Source: a virus (taxonomy: Duplodnaviria; Heunggongvirae; Uroviricota; Caudoviricetes). Taken from it: a stretch of DNA of 64,000 nt. Of the stretch, positions 18,406-27,263 are shown in pieces. The stretch is from the IMG/VR virus record IMGVR_UViG_3300025765_000001; one strand, written 5' to 3'. The translations under genes and the position numbers were made by a program. The notes under the pieces were generated by a model. The model was not told the DNA's origin. It saw only the letters and a list, made by a program, of their open reading frames with translations, and made no database searches. How positions within the stretch are numbered: position 1 is the first letter of the stretch; the number at the start of each line of letters is the position of its first letter.

Positions 18406-19545
18406 GTGAAGGTACAGAGGGGCTTCAAGACGGAGATCAGACCAAGCGACAAGCAAAAGACGCTGCTGCTCAAGAATGCAGGAGCGGCACGCTGGGCGTA
18501 CAACTACGGTCTGAGCCAGAAGAAGATCGCTCTGGAAGCCAAGACGAAGATACCCAACGCCATCGAACTGCACCGTCGCTTGAACGAGTTGAAGAAGACG
18601 GAAATACCGTGGGCTTACGAGTGCAGCAAGTGCAGTTTTCAAGAAGCACTCAGAAACCTCGACAGGGCTTTCAGCAACTTCTGGACAGCACGGAAAACCA
18701 AGAGACGCATGGGCTTCCCGAAGTTCAAGAGCAAGAAGAACGGCATCGGCGGCTTCCGGCTCACAGGGACGATCATCGTGTCCAGCGACCGCATCCAGTT
18801 GCCCCGTCTCGGCACGATCCGGCTCAAGGAGAAGAACTACCTGCCGACCGACGCCAAGATACTCAACGCCACGGTAACGGAGAGGGCTGGCAGGTGGTTC
18901 GTGAGCGTACTGGTGGAGATGGAACAGCCGGAATACACCGGCATCAAGGACAAGAAGGACGTGGTGGGCGTGGACTTGGGCATCAAGACGCTGGCGACCG
19001 TGAGCGACGGCACGGTGTACGAGAACCCGAAACCACTCAAGACCCGATTACGCAAACTACGGCGGCTACAACGAGCAGTCGCCCGTAAGGTCAAGGGCAG
19101 TAGAAACCGCAGGAAGGCGGCAGACCGTGTGGCTCGTTTGTACCTGAAAGTGAGCAACATCCGTAAGGACACCTTGCACAAGATGACGACATGCTTGACG
19201 AAAACCAAGTCGGCGGTCGGTATCGAGGACTTGAACGTGTCGGGGATGCTCAGGAACAGGTGCTTGGCACGGTCTATCGCTGATCTCGGTCTTGGTGAAT
19301 GGCGGCGGCAGATGACCTATAAGGGCGTCTGGTACAAGTGCCACATCGCCGTGGCGGACAGGTTCTTCGCCTCCAGCAAGACGTGTAGCGTCTGCGGGGA
19401 GATCAACGAGAACCTGACGCTGGCTGACCGAGAGTGGGTCTGTGAAGGTTGTGGGACGCACCATGACCGGGACTTCAACGCAAGCAGTAATTTGGAATAC
19501 GTTGCCGCCAGTTCGACGGAAACGATAAACGCCTGTGTAGTGTGA
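18406..19545 (+). CDS. tnpB: IS605/IS607-family TnpB (OrfB) RNA-guided-nuclease-like protein
   Basis: RuvC-like core and C-terminal zinc finger 'CSVCGE...CEGCGTHHDRDFNASSNL'. Length 379 aa. Confidence 0.8.
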   Translation: MKVQRGFKTEIRPSDKQKTLLLKNAGAARWAYNYGLSQKKIALEAKTKIPNAIELHRRLNELKKTEIPWAYECSKCSFQEALRNLDRAFSNFWTARKTKRRMGFPKFKSKKNGIGGFRLTGTIIVSSDRIQLPRLGTIRLKEKNYLPTDAKILNATVTERAGRWFVSVLVEMEQPEYTGIKDKKDVVGVDLGIKTLATVSDGTVYENPKPLKTRLRKLRRLQRAVARKVKGSRNRRKAADRVARLYLKVSNIRKDTLHKMTTCLTKTKSAVGIEDLNVSGMLRNRCLARSIADLGLGEWRRQMTYKGVWYKCHIAVADRFFASSKTCSVCGEINENLTLADREWVCEGCGTHHDRDFNASSNLEYVAASSTETINACVV

Positions 19546-19690
19546 TGGCTCTGGCTTGAGGGCGTACCTCAAGTGAAACTGTTTCGTATGCAGCAGGAAT
19601 GGAACAGGAAATCGGGGTCATTTTGTGCCTTCCAGATTTCCATAGGTTTTCAGGAACGGTTCGACTCCCTACGGTCCCACTAGATGATAG

Positions 19691-19993
19691 GTGAATGAAA
19701 TGAGTGAAGTACAAGACATATCGGTGAAGGCGAAAGGGGTCGAAGTCACCGATAGGCCGGAAGTTTTGGAGTGGCACAGTCAATTTTATTTTGTCGCTGC
19801 CGCTCGAAAAGATGGATCGGCACCCGGCCTTGAGAAAGCTGTAGAGGCGAAGTTTTTCCTCGATCCAGACGAAGCCGAGATGTTCCGGCGAACCGTCAGC
19901 GAGGAATACGATTACCAATACAGAGTGTTTGAAGGCGTTGCGGTGATTCAGCGGTTCCAGAACCGAGGAGACACAAGCAAGGTAGAAGAGTGA
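19691..19993 (+). CDS. hypothetical protein
   Basis: 100-aa ORF downstream of tnpB. Confidence 0.4.
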   Translation: MNEMSEVQDISVKAKGVEVTDRPEVLEWHSQFYFVAAARKDGSAPGLEKAVEAKFFLDPDEAEMFRRTVSEEYDYQYRVFEGVAVIQRFQNRGDTSKVEE

Positions 19994-19997
19994 AGGA

Positions 19998-20068
19998 TGC
20001 CCTCTGGTGTAATGGCAGCACATCTGACTTTGGATCAGATAGTTCACGTTCGAGTTGTGGGAGGGCAG
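19998..20068 (+). tRNA. tRNA-Gln (TTG), second copy
   Basis: Acceptor TGCCCTC / GAGGGCA. D-stem GTGT / GCAC. Anticodon arm TCTGA CTTTGGA TCAGA. T-arm TCACG TTCGAGT TGTGG. Confidence 0.5.
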
Positions 20069-20207
20069 CTTGCAAAGAGCGGATAGTAACGATGGCATGG
20101 GTGAACTGTCACCAGATATTACTCCCAAAAGGCCCGCTCCGAGTCGGGGAAGTGGATTACCAGCCCTGGTGCCTTAGCCCCGATGGGTGTGACCGAGGGT
20201 AGATGCT

Positions 20208-20283
20208 GGGTATGCTAAACGGTGTTATAGTTGCCGGTTGTAGCCTCTATCCGGTTGTGTTGGTTCAACTCCAACCACGCCCA
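20208..20283 (+). ncRNA. tRNA-like element (good T-arm GTTGG TTCAACT CCAAC and acceptor-like ends; internal arms unresolved)
   Basis: 3' end CACGCCC-A. Interior contains CCGG...13 nt...CCGG rather than a canonical anticodon arm. Confidence 0.25.
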
Positions 20284-20366
20284 CTATGGAAATCTTTTTC
20301 GTCATTTGCGTAATTGGTTTGTTTTGTTGGATAGTTGTCGTTGCAGCCGAGATTTTGACATGAAAT

Positions 20367-20436
20367 GGCCCGTTCGCTGGATGCGGAGTCCGGTCTTCTA
20401 AACCAGACGGGAGAGGTTCGATTCCTCTACGGGCTA
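20367..20436 (+). tRNA. tRNA-Arg (TCT) with short D-arm (alternative 8-nt-loop reading possible)
   Basis: Acceptor GGCCCGT / ACGGGCT. Anticodon arm CCGGT CTTCTAA ACCAG (one mismatch). T-arm AGAGG TTCGATT CCTCT. Confidence 0.4.
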
Positions 20437-20625
20437 CTTGCGGGCCGTGAGTGTGACGGAAGCACGCAACGCTTCGGACGTTGAAGAAAGGGTTGGCGTG
20501 TCTGGGTCTGTTAGGTGTCATCATCTGGCAGGCTAATCACTGGTATCAGGCAAGGCACACGCTTTGCCCGACTAGCAACATGTACTGCTGTCCGAAATGC
20601 GGCTGGGACGCATATGTGTAGTTAT

Positions 20626-20696
20626 TGACCCCTAGTGTAACGGTAGCACAAGTGACTCTGGATCACTTAGTCAAGGTCCGAATCCTTGGGGGTCAG
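20626..20696 (+). tRNA. tRNA-Gln (CTG)
   Basis: Acceptor TGACCCC / GGGGTCA. Anticodon arm AGTGA CTCTGGA TCACT. T-arm CAAGG TCCGAAT CCTTG. Confidence 0.5.
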
Positions 20697-20698
20697 CT

Positions 20699-20813
20699 TG
20701 GGACATAGTGTAAGCGAGAAGCTGTCGTTGTGTATGATTCTAGATGAAAGCAACGGCTGGTAGCACGAGTCTATACGAAGGGCTTAGTTTGGGTTCGAGT
20801 CCCAATGTCCCAA
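20699..20813 (+). ncRNA. 115-nt tRNA-like RNA: tRNA-Arg(ACG)-like frame with ~50-nt insertion in the D-loop
   Basis: Perfect acceptor TGGGACA / TGTCCCA. T-arm TTGGG TTCGAGT CCCAA. Anticodon arm AGTCT ATACGAA GGGCT. D-stem GTGT..GCAC encloses a 51-nt loop with internal hairpin GTCGTTG / CAACGGC. Confidence 0.35.
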
Positions 20814-20821
20814 CTTAGATG

Positions 20822-20893
20822 GTGTGGGTAGCTTAATGGCAAAGCATCTGCTTGTGAGGTAGAAAGATGCCGGTTCGAGTCCGGTCCCACACC
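20822..20893 (+). tRNA. tRNA-His (GTG), second copy, G-1 encoded
   Basis: G-1 at 20821, discriminator C. Acceptor GTGTGGG / CCCACAC. Anticodon arm TCTGC TTGTGAG GTAGA. T-arm GCCGG TTCGAGT CCGGT. Confidence 0.6.
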
Positions 20894-20896
20894 CTT

Positions 20897-21082
20897 ATGA
20901 AACTGCAAGAAATGAGACATCTATTTAAGGAGTTCGGAAGGACGCTCGGCAAACATCCTGACGAGTGGTGGGGTTTTGAGCAGGCGGTATGGCATGAATT
21001 GTCGAAAAAGTTTACCATATGGTTAAGCAAGAACCGGGACGAGCTAGAAAAGCTCCGAGAGAAGGACAAGTACGTTGTATAA
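20897..21082 (+). CDS. small hypothetical protein
   Basis: Starts immediately after the tRNA-His. 61 aa from the internal Met. Confidence 0.3.
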   Translation: MKLQEMRHLFKEFGRTLGKHPDEWWGFEQAVWHELSKKFTIWLSKNRDELEKLREKDKYVV

Positions 21083-21154
21083 GGCCATGTAGCCAAGTGG
21101 TAAGGCATGGGTCTGCAAAATCCATCATCGTGGGTTCGACCCCCACCGTGGTTT
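21083..21154 (+). tRNA. tRNA-Cys (GCA)
   Basis: Acceptor GGCCATG / CGTGGTT (G-U rich). D-stem GCC / GGC. Anticodon arm TGGGT CTGCAAA ATCCA. T-arm GTGGG TTCGACC CCCAC. Confidence 0.5.
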
Positions 21155-21215
21155 CTAGAGACGCTAACAGCATTTTCTAACAACCTTCCAAGTTGACGAA
21201 ATAGCGTCTCGTTTT

Positions 21216-21294
21216 GTCGATGGAGGCGAAAGCATCGGGGCGGTGCATTGGTCTGCAAAACCAACGCCAAGTGGTTCAACTCTACCCATCGACT
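21216..21294 (+). tRNA. tRNA-Cys (GCA), second copy with enlarged D-arm (79 nt)
   Basis: Acceptor GTCGATG / CATCGAC. Anticodon arm TTGGT CTGCAAA ACCAA. About 6 extra nt in the D region. Confidence 0.4.
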
Positions 21295-21540
21295 TTTCAT
21301 TTTAGGAGACCGATCATGTGGGGCGTAAACAAGAAGGCGATCCTAGTTGAGACAAGCGATTACTACAGCGAGGACGATACGCCTTCGGTCTGTACTACGG
21401 TGATCGAGTCGCTATCCGATTTGGCGACCTGCCTGGGTAATGACTTGGCGGGAGATCATCATGCGATGGAGGCCCTGCTGAAGAACTAGCACTTCCTCAA
21501 GGCCCTGGACCAACGTGGTTTTCGTGACGTAGAGAAGATC

Positions 21541-21849
21541 GTGTCTGCCGTTGAGAAGGTGAAGGCCGGAACTAGGTTCTTCATGTACAACGGCGAGAGC
21601 TACCCTTCGATTCGTGAGATCGACATCTTCAACAAGGACCGCTATGTTGCTGAACAGCTTGCGGACGTGGAGAAGTCCTCGCTCAAGGAGATCAATGGGA
21701 CGGCATATCGATACGTGCTGGCCGCTCGCAAGAGAATCGATGCTGCGAGCAAGGCAAGAGCAGCCAAGGCGAAGAATTGCCAAAAGAAGCTTAAGAAAAA
21801 GGAACTAGAGAAGGCCAGAGAGTTATTGAAGGAAGCTGGTGAGTTATGA
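21541..21849 (+). CDS. hypothetical protein (Lys-rich C-terminus)
   Basis: 102-aa ORF. Confidence 0.4.
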   Translation: MSAVEKVKAGTRFFMYNGESYPSIREIDIFNKDRYVAEQLADVEKSSLKEINGTAYRYVLAARKRIDAASKARAAKAKNCQKKLKKKELEKARELLKEAGEL

Positions 21850-22391
21850 ATGACAAGTTGACTATGACCGAACTAGAACAGAAAGAGGCCAGACTTCAGG
21901 AGCTATACAACCTATCTGACAAAATCAACGAAGAAGTGACCGAACTCAATCAACAGCTTTACAGCCTAAGATTGAAGAGGTTGCTTGAGACCGATTTGCT
22001 GAGTCGCATTGATTGGCTCTATACTTACGATCTAGCTCTCAGAGGCGAAGAGGCTGCTGGGATTGGCGATTTGCTCAAGCCGTGGGGCTACCACGACCGA
22101 TTTGAGGGCGAAGAGTGGAGTCTGAGTTTTGACGATGGCGAGATCAGGCTGGGATTCGGCGAGGCAGAATTCATGGCTGACTTCATCAAGGCCCAGAAAC
22201 TCAAGGTGAATTTTAAGGGTTTGCAGAGCGAACTGAAGCAGAAGGAGACCGAGTACCATAAGGTGAAGGAACTTGCCGAAACGCTCGGAATACTCGATGG
22301 CAAAGAAGATAACGAAGCAGCAGGAAATTCGCCACGAGGAGCAGTACGTCGAGTTCCTGCGGAAGCGTCTTGGGTCATAGATAAATCATGA
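21846..22391 (+). CDS. hypothetical coiled-coil protein
   Basis: 181-aa ORF overlapping its neighbours by 4 nt on each side. Confidence 0.45.
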   Translation: MNDKLTMTELEQKEARLQELYNLSDKINEEVTELNQQLYSLRLKRLLETDLLSRIDWLYTYDLALRGEEAAGIGDLLKPWGYHDRFEGEEWSLSFDDGEIRLGFGEAEFMADFIKAQKLKVNFKGLQSELKQKETEYHKVKELAETLGILDGKEDNEAAGNSPRGAVRRVPAEASWVIDKS

Positions 22392-22960
22392 CCCGCACGC
22401 AGTTCTTGATCCAGCTAATTAACGACCGGAAGCTGAAGCGATTCGCTGAGATCGGTGTCTATAAAGGGAAGACGTGTAGGACGATCTTGAAAAACTGCCC
22501 TTCCCTCGAAATCTATTGGGCGGTCGATTCCTGGCTCGAATATACAAAACTTGGTTTCGAGAACCCGACCTTCAAGCAGGGTTTGTTGACCCAAGAACAA
22601 TGGGACCAAATGTATATCCGCAACTGCCTGGATATGCATTACTTCCCCGCCTTGAAGGTTTTTCGGGGAACCTTGCTTCAGGTGGCATGGTTGTTCAGAG
22701 GGAGGCCCAATTTTGATTTCATCTACATCGATGGCTTGCACGATAAAGAATCTGTGCTAGCCGACATTGCGGCCTGGAAGCCACTGGTGGTAGAAGGGGG
22801 CTTGCTAGGCGGGCATGATTATGGTAAAGGACACAGGAAGGGGCATCGTGTCGCCGAGGCGGTCAATGAGGCTTTTACAAAGGAACAGATCAATCTAGGG
22901 CCGGACGGCGTTTGGTATGTATTCATCGGTAGCTCAACCGACAGAGCAGCAGACTCTTAA
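22388..22960 (+). CDS. class I SAM-dependent methyltransferase
   Basis: Motif I 'FAEIGVYKGKT' and post-motif 'FDFIYIDGLHDKESV...VVEGGLLGGHDY'. Confidence 0.55.
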   Translation: MTRTQFLIQLINDRKLKRFAEIGVYKGKTCRTILKNCPSLEIYWAVDSWLEYTKLGFENPTFKQGLLTQEQWDQMYIRNCLDMHYFPALKVFRGTLLQVAWLFRGRPNFDFIYIDGLHDKESVLADIAAWKPLVVEGGLLGGHDYGKGHRKGHRVAEAVNEAFTKEQINLGPDGVWYVFIGSSTDRAADS

Positions 22961-22995
22961 TCTGAAGGTTGTGGGTTCGACTCCCACTCGATGGA
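22923..22995 (+). tRNA. tRNA-Lys (CTT), second copy (overlaps the last codons of the upstream ORF)
   Basis: Acceptor TCATCGG / TCGATGG. D-arm GCTC AACCGACA GAGC. Loop CTCTTAA. T-arm GTGGG TTCGACT CCCAC. Confidence 0.5.
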
Positions 22996-23352
22996 CTGTG
23001 AATAGAGATTTTTGGAGTCCTATCATACTTCTCTTCTTCTCGCTCGTTGTCGGGCTGGTTGGGTTCTTACTTTTGCTAGTAGGGTATGTTTATTTTGGAA
23101 TCTGAGCCGGGCCAACATCTCTACGTCATCTCTGACTTCTGGGCTTGCGAAGAACGAGAACGGTTCTCTTGGGACCATGCGATTCACTTTCCTCTTGGTA
23201 GTGAAGTGATCTATTGTGACATTGTTCTCGCTGGCAGAGACTTCTACGACCGGCAGCCCATCGAGAAATGGTGTGTGCTTTTTGAGTTTGATGGGAAGAG
23301 GTTCAAAGCAGTGGCTTCTTGTTTCATCTCTGAGTCTATTTGGCGTCAATTA

Positions 23353-23982
23353 CTACATCATTTTAGTCTTATCACCAGCGGACATCGGGACTTGGCCTCT
23401 CCTTCTCATGATCTCGTCTTGAACTAGTTTCATCTTAGCTTTGTCGCCTTCGGCCTTGTCAGGGGTCGGTGCGGCTGGTGCAGCACCACCTTTTCTTAGG
23501 CCCATCAAACGCTGCCACCAATTACCCCCCTTCTTCGGCTCCTTTGGTAGCCATCCCTTCTCTCTACCTACCTTGCCTGCCCTTATTACTGCTGCTACTG
23601 GCGAAGTAATTGCCTGAGTTACTCCAGTCCCGATATCTTGCAACCCGCTTAGTCCTTGGCGACCGGCCCATCTCAAAGCCGAATCATCTCCTGTAATGGC
23701 CTTGTTCGCCATTCCGTACAAGCTGCCTCCCGCACCCGCTGCCAGTCTAGCTCCTCCACCGAGTGCTCTAAGGGTGCCGCCGATGAGGTTTCTTCCGAGA
23801 TTAACCCCGCCAGAGGCCATGCCTTTCAACATGTCATATAATCCCTCGTCTAGATTCATGCCGTTGTCCTTGAAGAACTCAACAATTTCCTCGTGAGTTG
23901 CACCGTGATCGGCTAGTTCCAGGTAGACCTGACAGTATTGGTCTTGCTTCTGTGCGTATTCTGAAAAACTGTGTATACTCAT
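23353..23982 (-). CDS. hypothetical Gly/Ala-rich protein
   Basis: 209-aa ORF. Confidence 0.4.
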   Translation of the reverse strand: MSIHSFSEYAQKQDQYCQVYLELADHGATHEEIVEFFKDNGMNLDEGLYDMLKGMASGGVNLGRNLIGGTLRALGGGARLAAGAGGSLYGMANKAITGDDSALRWAGRQGLSGLQDIGTGVTQAITSPVAAVIRAGKVGREKGWLPKEPKKGGNWWQRLMGLRKGGAAPAAPTPDKAEGDKAKMKLVQDEIMRRRGQVPMSAGDKTKMM

Positions 23983-24176
23983 GCCTTTCCTCCGTGAGTT
24001 ATCTATGGTTGGAATTGATCTTTTGCAGTCAGTTTGCTAATATCCTTTTATAGAGAATGTAGACCCGTTTGCCTTTTTGATCCTGATCTACATCGGCTGC
24101 TTGGTACTGGCGGCTATTGTGGCAGCCATTTACAAAAAGTTCTTCAAAAAAGACCCTCCAGACTGGCAAATTTGAC

Positions 24177-24545
24177 ATGGAGCTAAACAGCACTTACTGG
24201 CACCAGAGACAGAATCCTATGCCTAAGAACGTCGAGCAATTTCTGTGGGAGATATTGGTCTCAACCGTAAAGAACGGCAAATCTATCAGGACTAGATACC
24301 ATCGGGTTTGGGATGCGAAGGTTCGTGAAATCAGCAAAGGACTAACTATATTGACACCAGCCAGGGGTCAGTGGATCAATCCAGATGGCGAGCTTTTCGT
24401 TGAGCGGATGATCCCTGTGAGGATCGCCTGTACTGCCGAGGAAATCGAACAGATCGCCGACATGATCGCTGTGTACTATAAGCAGAAATCGGTCATGTAC
24501 TACAAGCTTAGTGATGGTGTGGTAATCAAGCACTATGACACCTGA
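24177..24545 (+). CDS. hypothetical protein
   Basis: Internal Met of the 24117 ORF. Confidence 0.4.
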   Translation: MELNSTYWHQRQNPMPKNVEQFLWEILVSTVKNGKSIRTRYHRVWDAKVREISKGLTILTPARGQWINPDGELFVERMIPVRIACTAEEIEQIADMIAVYYKQKSVMYYKLSDGVVIKHYDT

Positions 24546-24713
24546 CGAAATCGATTCGCTGGTCAAAGAGAATGAGCGACTCAAGCAAGAGAATGCATCA
24601 CTCAAATCTCAAATTGCTTCTCTTCGTAAGCAATTGGAATCACACCAGAGATACATTTCACAGCGAAGGCGTCTAGAAGACGACTATCTGCCATACGAGG
24701 ATGATCCGTATAG

Positions 24714-25073
24714 ATGATCCGTATTGCGTCAGGTCGTCTTTTGTTGTATTATTCCGGCATGAAAAAATGTTTACTCTGCCGTAATTCTATGGAGGAAGAT
24801 CAGCACGGTTTTTTCACAGGCGGTACACTTTATGCCAATTTCGGCTATCACAGTCGGTTTGATGACTGTCCAGGGCTTCCGCCCCCTGGTGTAAATGTTA
24901 CTCCTCCAGAACGGCTTTCGATGTGCCGTGAGGTTGTCGCATACATCTGTAACGACTGTTTTGAAAAGAATTATGAACTTTTCGAGGGGTATGATATTAT
25001 CTTCACACGACCAAAACGAGTATTGGAGTTCACTGGTGGCGAACTACTCGATAAAGAGCAACTCTCATCATGA
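24714..25073 (+). CDS. hypothetical Cys-containing protein
   Basis: 119-aa ORF. Confidence 0.4.
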   Translation: MIRIASGRLLLYYSGMKKCLLCRNSMEEDQHGFFTGGTLYANFGYHSRFDDCPGLPPPGVNVTPPERLSMCREVVAYICNDCFEKNYELFEGYDIIFTRPKRVLEFTGGELLDKEQLSS

Positions 25074-25567
25074 AGTAAGACTATACATCGGGTCTAGAGA
25101 ACATTACAATGGGCAGCGTTTTGGGCGAGACGAGCTAATCGCAGCCGTGACCGAGTTCCAACGTCAAAACACATTGGAATTGGCTGGACCTCTCAGGTTC
25201 ACTCCGACTTGCTATGTCTGGGATGACTATATTGAGGACGGTTGGGAAATAGCGATCATTAACTACCCCCGCTACCCCAAGCCCGAAGCAGTCCTCAATT
25301 CTTTTATGCTGAGGTTGGCGGATTACCTGTTGTACCGTTTCAGGCAAAACAGGATTTCTGTAGTTTTCCCCAATGAGATTGTCATGCTACAGTCGCATGA
25401 TGCACAGGAGAGGAGTTGAGTGATGTTCTGGGCCGGACTCGTCGTTGGCATTTCACCGCCGCACGATGACAATCAAGGGGTGCCACGAAACCTTTAAGAT
25501 ATATCCCTTATATAATGGTGGTGAGTGGAAGTAGGATTTCCATTTCCCATAAAAGGAACTGCAAGTA

Positions 25568-25700
25568 TTGCAAAGACCGTCCCTGATGCGGGTGTAACTC
25601 AGTGGTAGAGTGCCATATGATGCGGATATTTGCCCTCGGTTCTAGATGGAGCATACCTCAGAAGGTTTTCGATCCTTCTGAACGAGGTATCGGTGTCTAG
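25568..25700 (+). ncRNA. structured non-coding region: degenerate tRNA 5' half followed by mutually exclusive hairpins
   Basis: Starts like a tRNA (GCGGGTG TA ACTC AGTGGTAG AGT) then loses tRNA structure. ATACCTC at ~25627 pairs with GAGGTAT at ~25663, which alternatively pairs with GATACCTC at ~25680. Confidence 0.3.
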
Positions 25701-25805
25701 ATACCTCAAAAATAGTCTATACGTTCCCTTCTATCACCTTCTCTTGGATCGCCTGAATTCAGACTTTTTGGTGTTGATAAATGCCTTTGTTTCATATATA
25801 GTTCC

Positions 25806-25967
25806 ATGAAGCTCAAGAAGTTTGCAGAGTGGGTCTCTCTGCGAGAATCAAAGAAGAAACCCCACACTTGTTGCGAGTGTTGCAAATCCTGTCCTTGCGG
25901 CGAAGAATGCAAATGCTGCCAGGAAGGGAAGTGTTGCCCTTGCTGTAAGTGTTGCGATGAAGAGTAG
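25806..25967 (+). CDS. small cysteine-rich (metallothionein-like) protein, 53 aa
   Basis: 'MKLKKFAEWVSLRESKKKPHTCCECCKSCPCGEECKCCQEGKCCPCCKCCDEE': 18 Cys in the last 32 residues. Below the 60-aa ORF-track cutoff. Confidence 0.4.
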   Translation: MKLKKFAEWVSLRESKKKPHTCCECCKSCPCGEECKCCQEGKCCPCCKCCDEE

Positions 25968-25969
25968 TC

Positions 25970-26344
25970 ATGTATTCCATCACCCAACTGAACAACGGCA
26001 AATGGTATTGTGAGGTCAGGATTCAGGATGGGACTGAAAGATGGGAAAAAGACACTCGTGAGGAGACTGTTAGATCAGTCATCTCCGGTGCCAGGGTACT
26101 TAACGGGTCTTACATTCGAGAGGACGATATATCCTTTCATATACAACCGCCAAAGATGCCGGTTGTAACTCAGGCGGGCGTCCCTATCTTCGAGGCGGAT
26201 GAGAAGCTCTTGCTAGAGATCAAGCGTGGTGCTAAAAAGGTTCTAGATTTTGATCATTATCTTGTGAAGTATCGTATTACACAAGATGAGGCCGATTTGA
26301 TTGTCGATATCAGAGAAGGCAAAGCCAGAGTGATGAGAGGCTAG
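25970..26344 (+). CDS. hypothetical protein
   Basis: 124-aa ORF. Confidence 0.45.
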   Translation: MYSITQLNNGKWYCEVRIQDGTERWEKDTREETVRSVISGARVLNGSYIREDDISFHIQPPKMPVVTQAGVPIFEADEKLLLEIKRGAKKVLDFDHYLVKYRITQDEADLIVDIREGKARVMRG

Positions 26345-26345
26345 A

Positions 26346-27155
26346 ATGTCCACAGAACCATTCAATGTCAAAGTCTGGACTCTTCACACCCATGCTTCCC
26401 GTATTGAGAAAGCCGAGAAGACACTAGCTGGTACAGCTAACGCTGGCGGCGTCAAGTGGTGTGGGCCATTTACTTACGCCAACGCTGCCGGGTGGTGGTT
26501 ATATCCTCCCATCGACATTGATATTTTGTGGCGAGGCGGCAAGGAATTCGAGCATCGCCTTCTATTGCCTTGGGATAACGAAGAGGAACTTCTGATTTCT
26601 AGTTTACTTCGTCCAGAAGACCAAGCTGATATTTCCAAATTCTGTCTTGGCGGCAGAACAAAATTCACCTGGGGGGCCGTTGAGGAAGGCGTCGTACAGA
26701 TGTGGACTGGCTGTATTTTCGAGACTCCTCCTGGTTGGGGTTTGCATATTCGGAGTCCGATCAATTGCCCAACACAACCCTATCACATCATGGAAGGTAT
26801 ACTAGAAACCGATTGGCTACAATATGACATTTGGACCAATCTAGTTTTCGACCGGGCAGATGAGTGGGTTCACTTGCGACGAGACCAATGGCCTCCTTTG
26901 GCTCATATTGTGCCGATCAAGAGGGAGAGCTATAATGAGTCGTGGGAGTTTTCGGTAGAGCAGGTAAACCGAGATACGCCGGAAGCAAACCGGGTGTTCG
27001 AGTATTACGTGGAGTACAACATGAAGAAGTTTGGGCATGGTGGCAAGCAGGCTTTGTCAACGACCGATCTGAACTTGACGAAAGACTCGACTACTTACAT
27101 GAGGGAACGCAAGAAATTCTTGAAGTGTCCCTACTCTTCTGATTCGGATGACTAA
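26346..27155 (+). CDS. hypothetical protein
   Basis: 269-aa ORF. Confidence 0.5.
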   Translation: MSTEPFNVKVWTLHTHASRIEKAEKTLAGTANAGGVKWCGPFTYANAAGWWLYPPIDIDILWRGGKEFEHRLLLPWDNEEELLISSLLRPEDQADISKFCLGGRTKFTWGAVEEGVVQMWTGCIFETPPGWGLHIRSPINCPTQPYHIMEGILETDWLQYDIWTNLVFDRADEWVHLRRDQWPPLAHIVPIKRESYNESWEFSVEQVNRDTPEANRVFEYYVEYNMKKFGHGGKQALSTTDLNLTKDSTTYMRERKKFLKCPYSSDSDD

Positions 27156-27192
27156 GCGTTGTTGTAGCTGCATTGGCACGATGTAGATGAAT

Positions 27193-27263
27193 GCGGGTTT
27201 GGTGTAGTGGAAACACGACAGCCTTCCAAGCTGTAGTCACCGGATCATGTCCGGTAGCCCGCT
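27193..27263 (+). tRNA. tRNA-Gly (TCC) with non-canonical T-loop (ATCATGT)
   Basis: Acceptor GCGGGTT / AGCCCGC. D-stem GTGT / ACAC. Anticodon arm ACAGC CTTCCAA GCTGT. Confidence 0.4.

Larger units (their letters stand above)
16672..19545 (+). mobile_element. IS607-family insertion sequence (tnpA serine recombinase + tnpB), with tnpA interrupted by a LAGLIDADG endonuclease ORF
   Basis: MerR-like HTH typical of IS607 TnpA N-terminus (16672-~16869), LAGLIDADG ORF (17048-18013), TnpA catalytic core beginning at 17964 with the catalytic-serine motif, and TnpB (18406-19545). Confidence 0.6.

Noticed and set aside
20440-20530. tRNA-Arg(TCG)-like hairpin CAACG CTTCGGA CGTTG
   Set aside because: Good anticodon-arm mimic, but no T-arm or acceptor pairing nearby, and it lies inside a minus-strand ORF.
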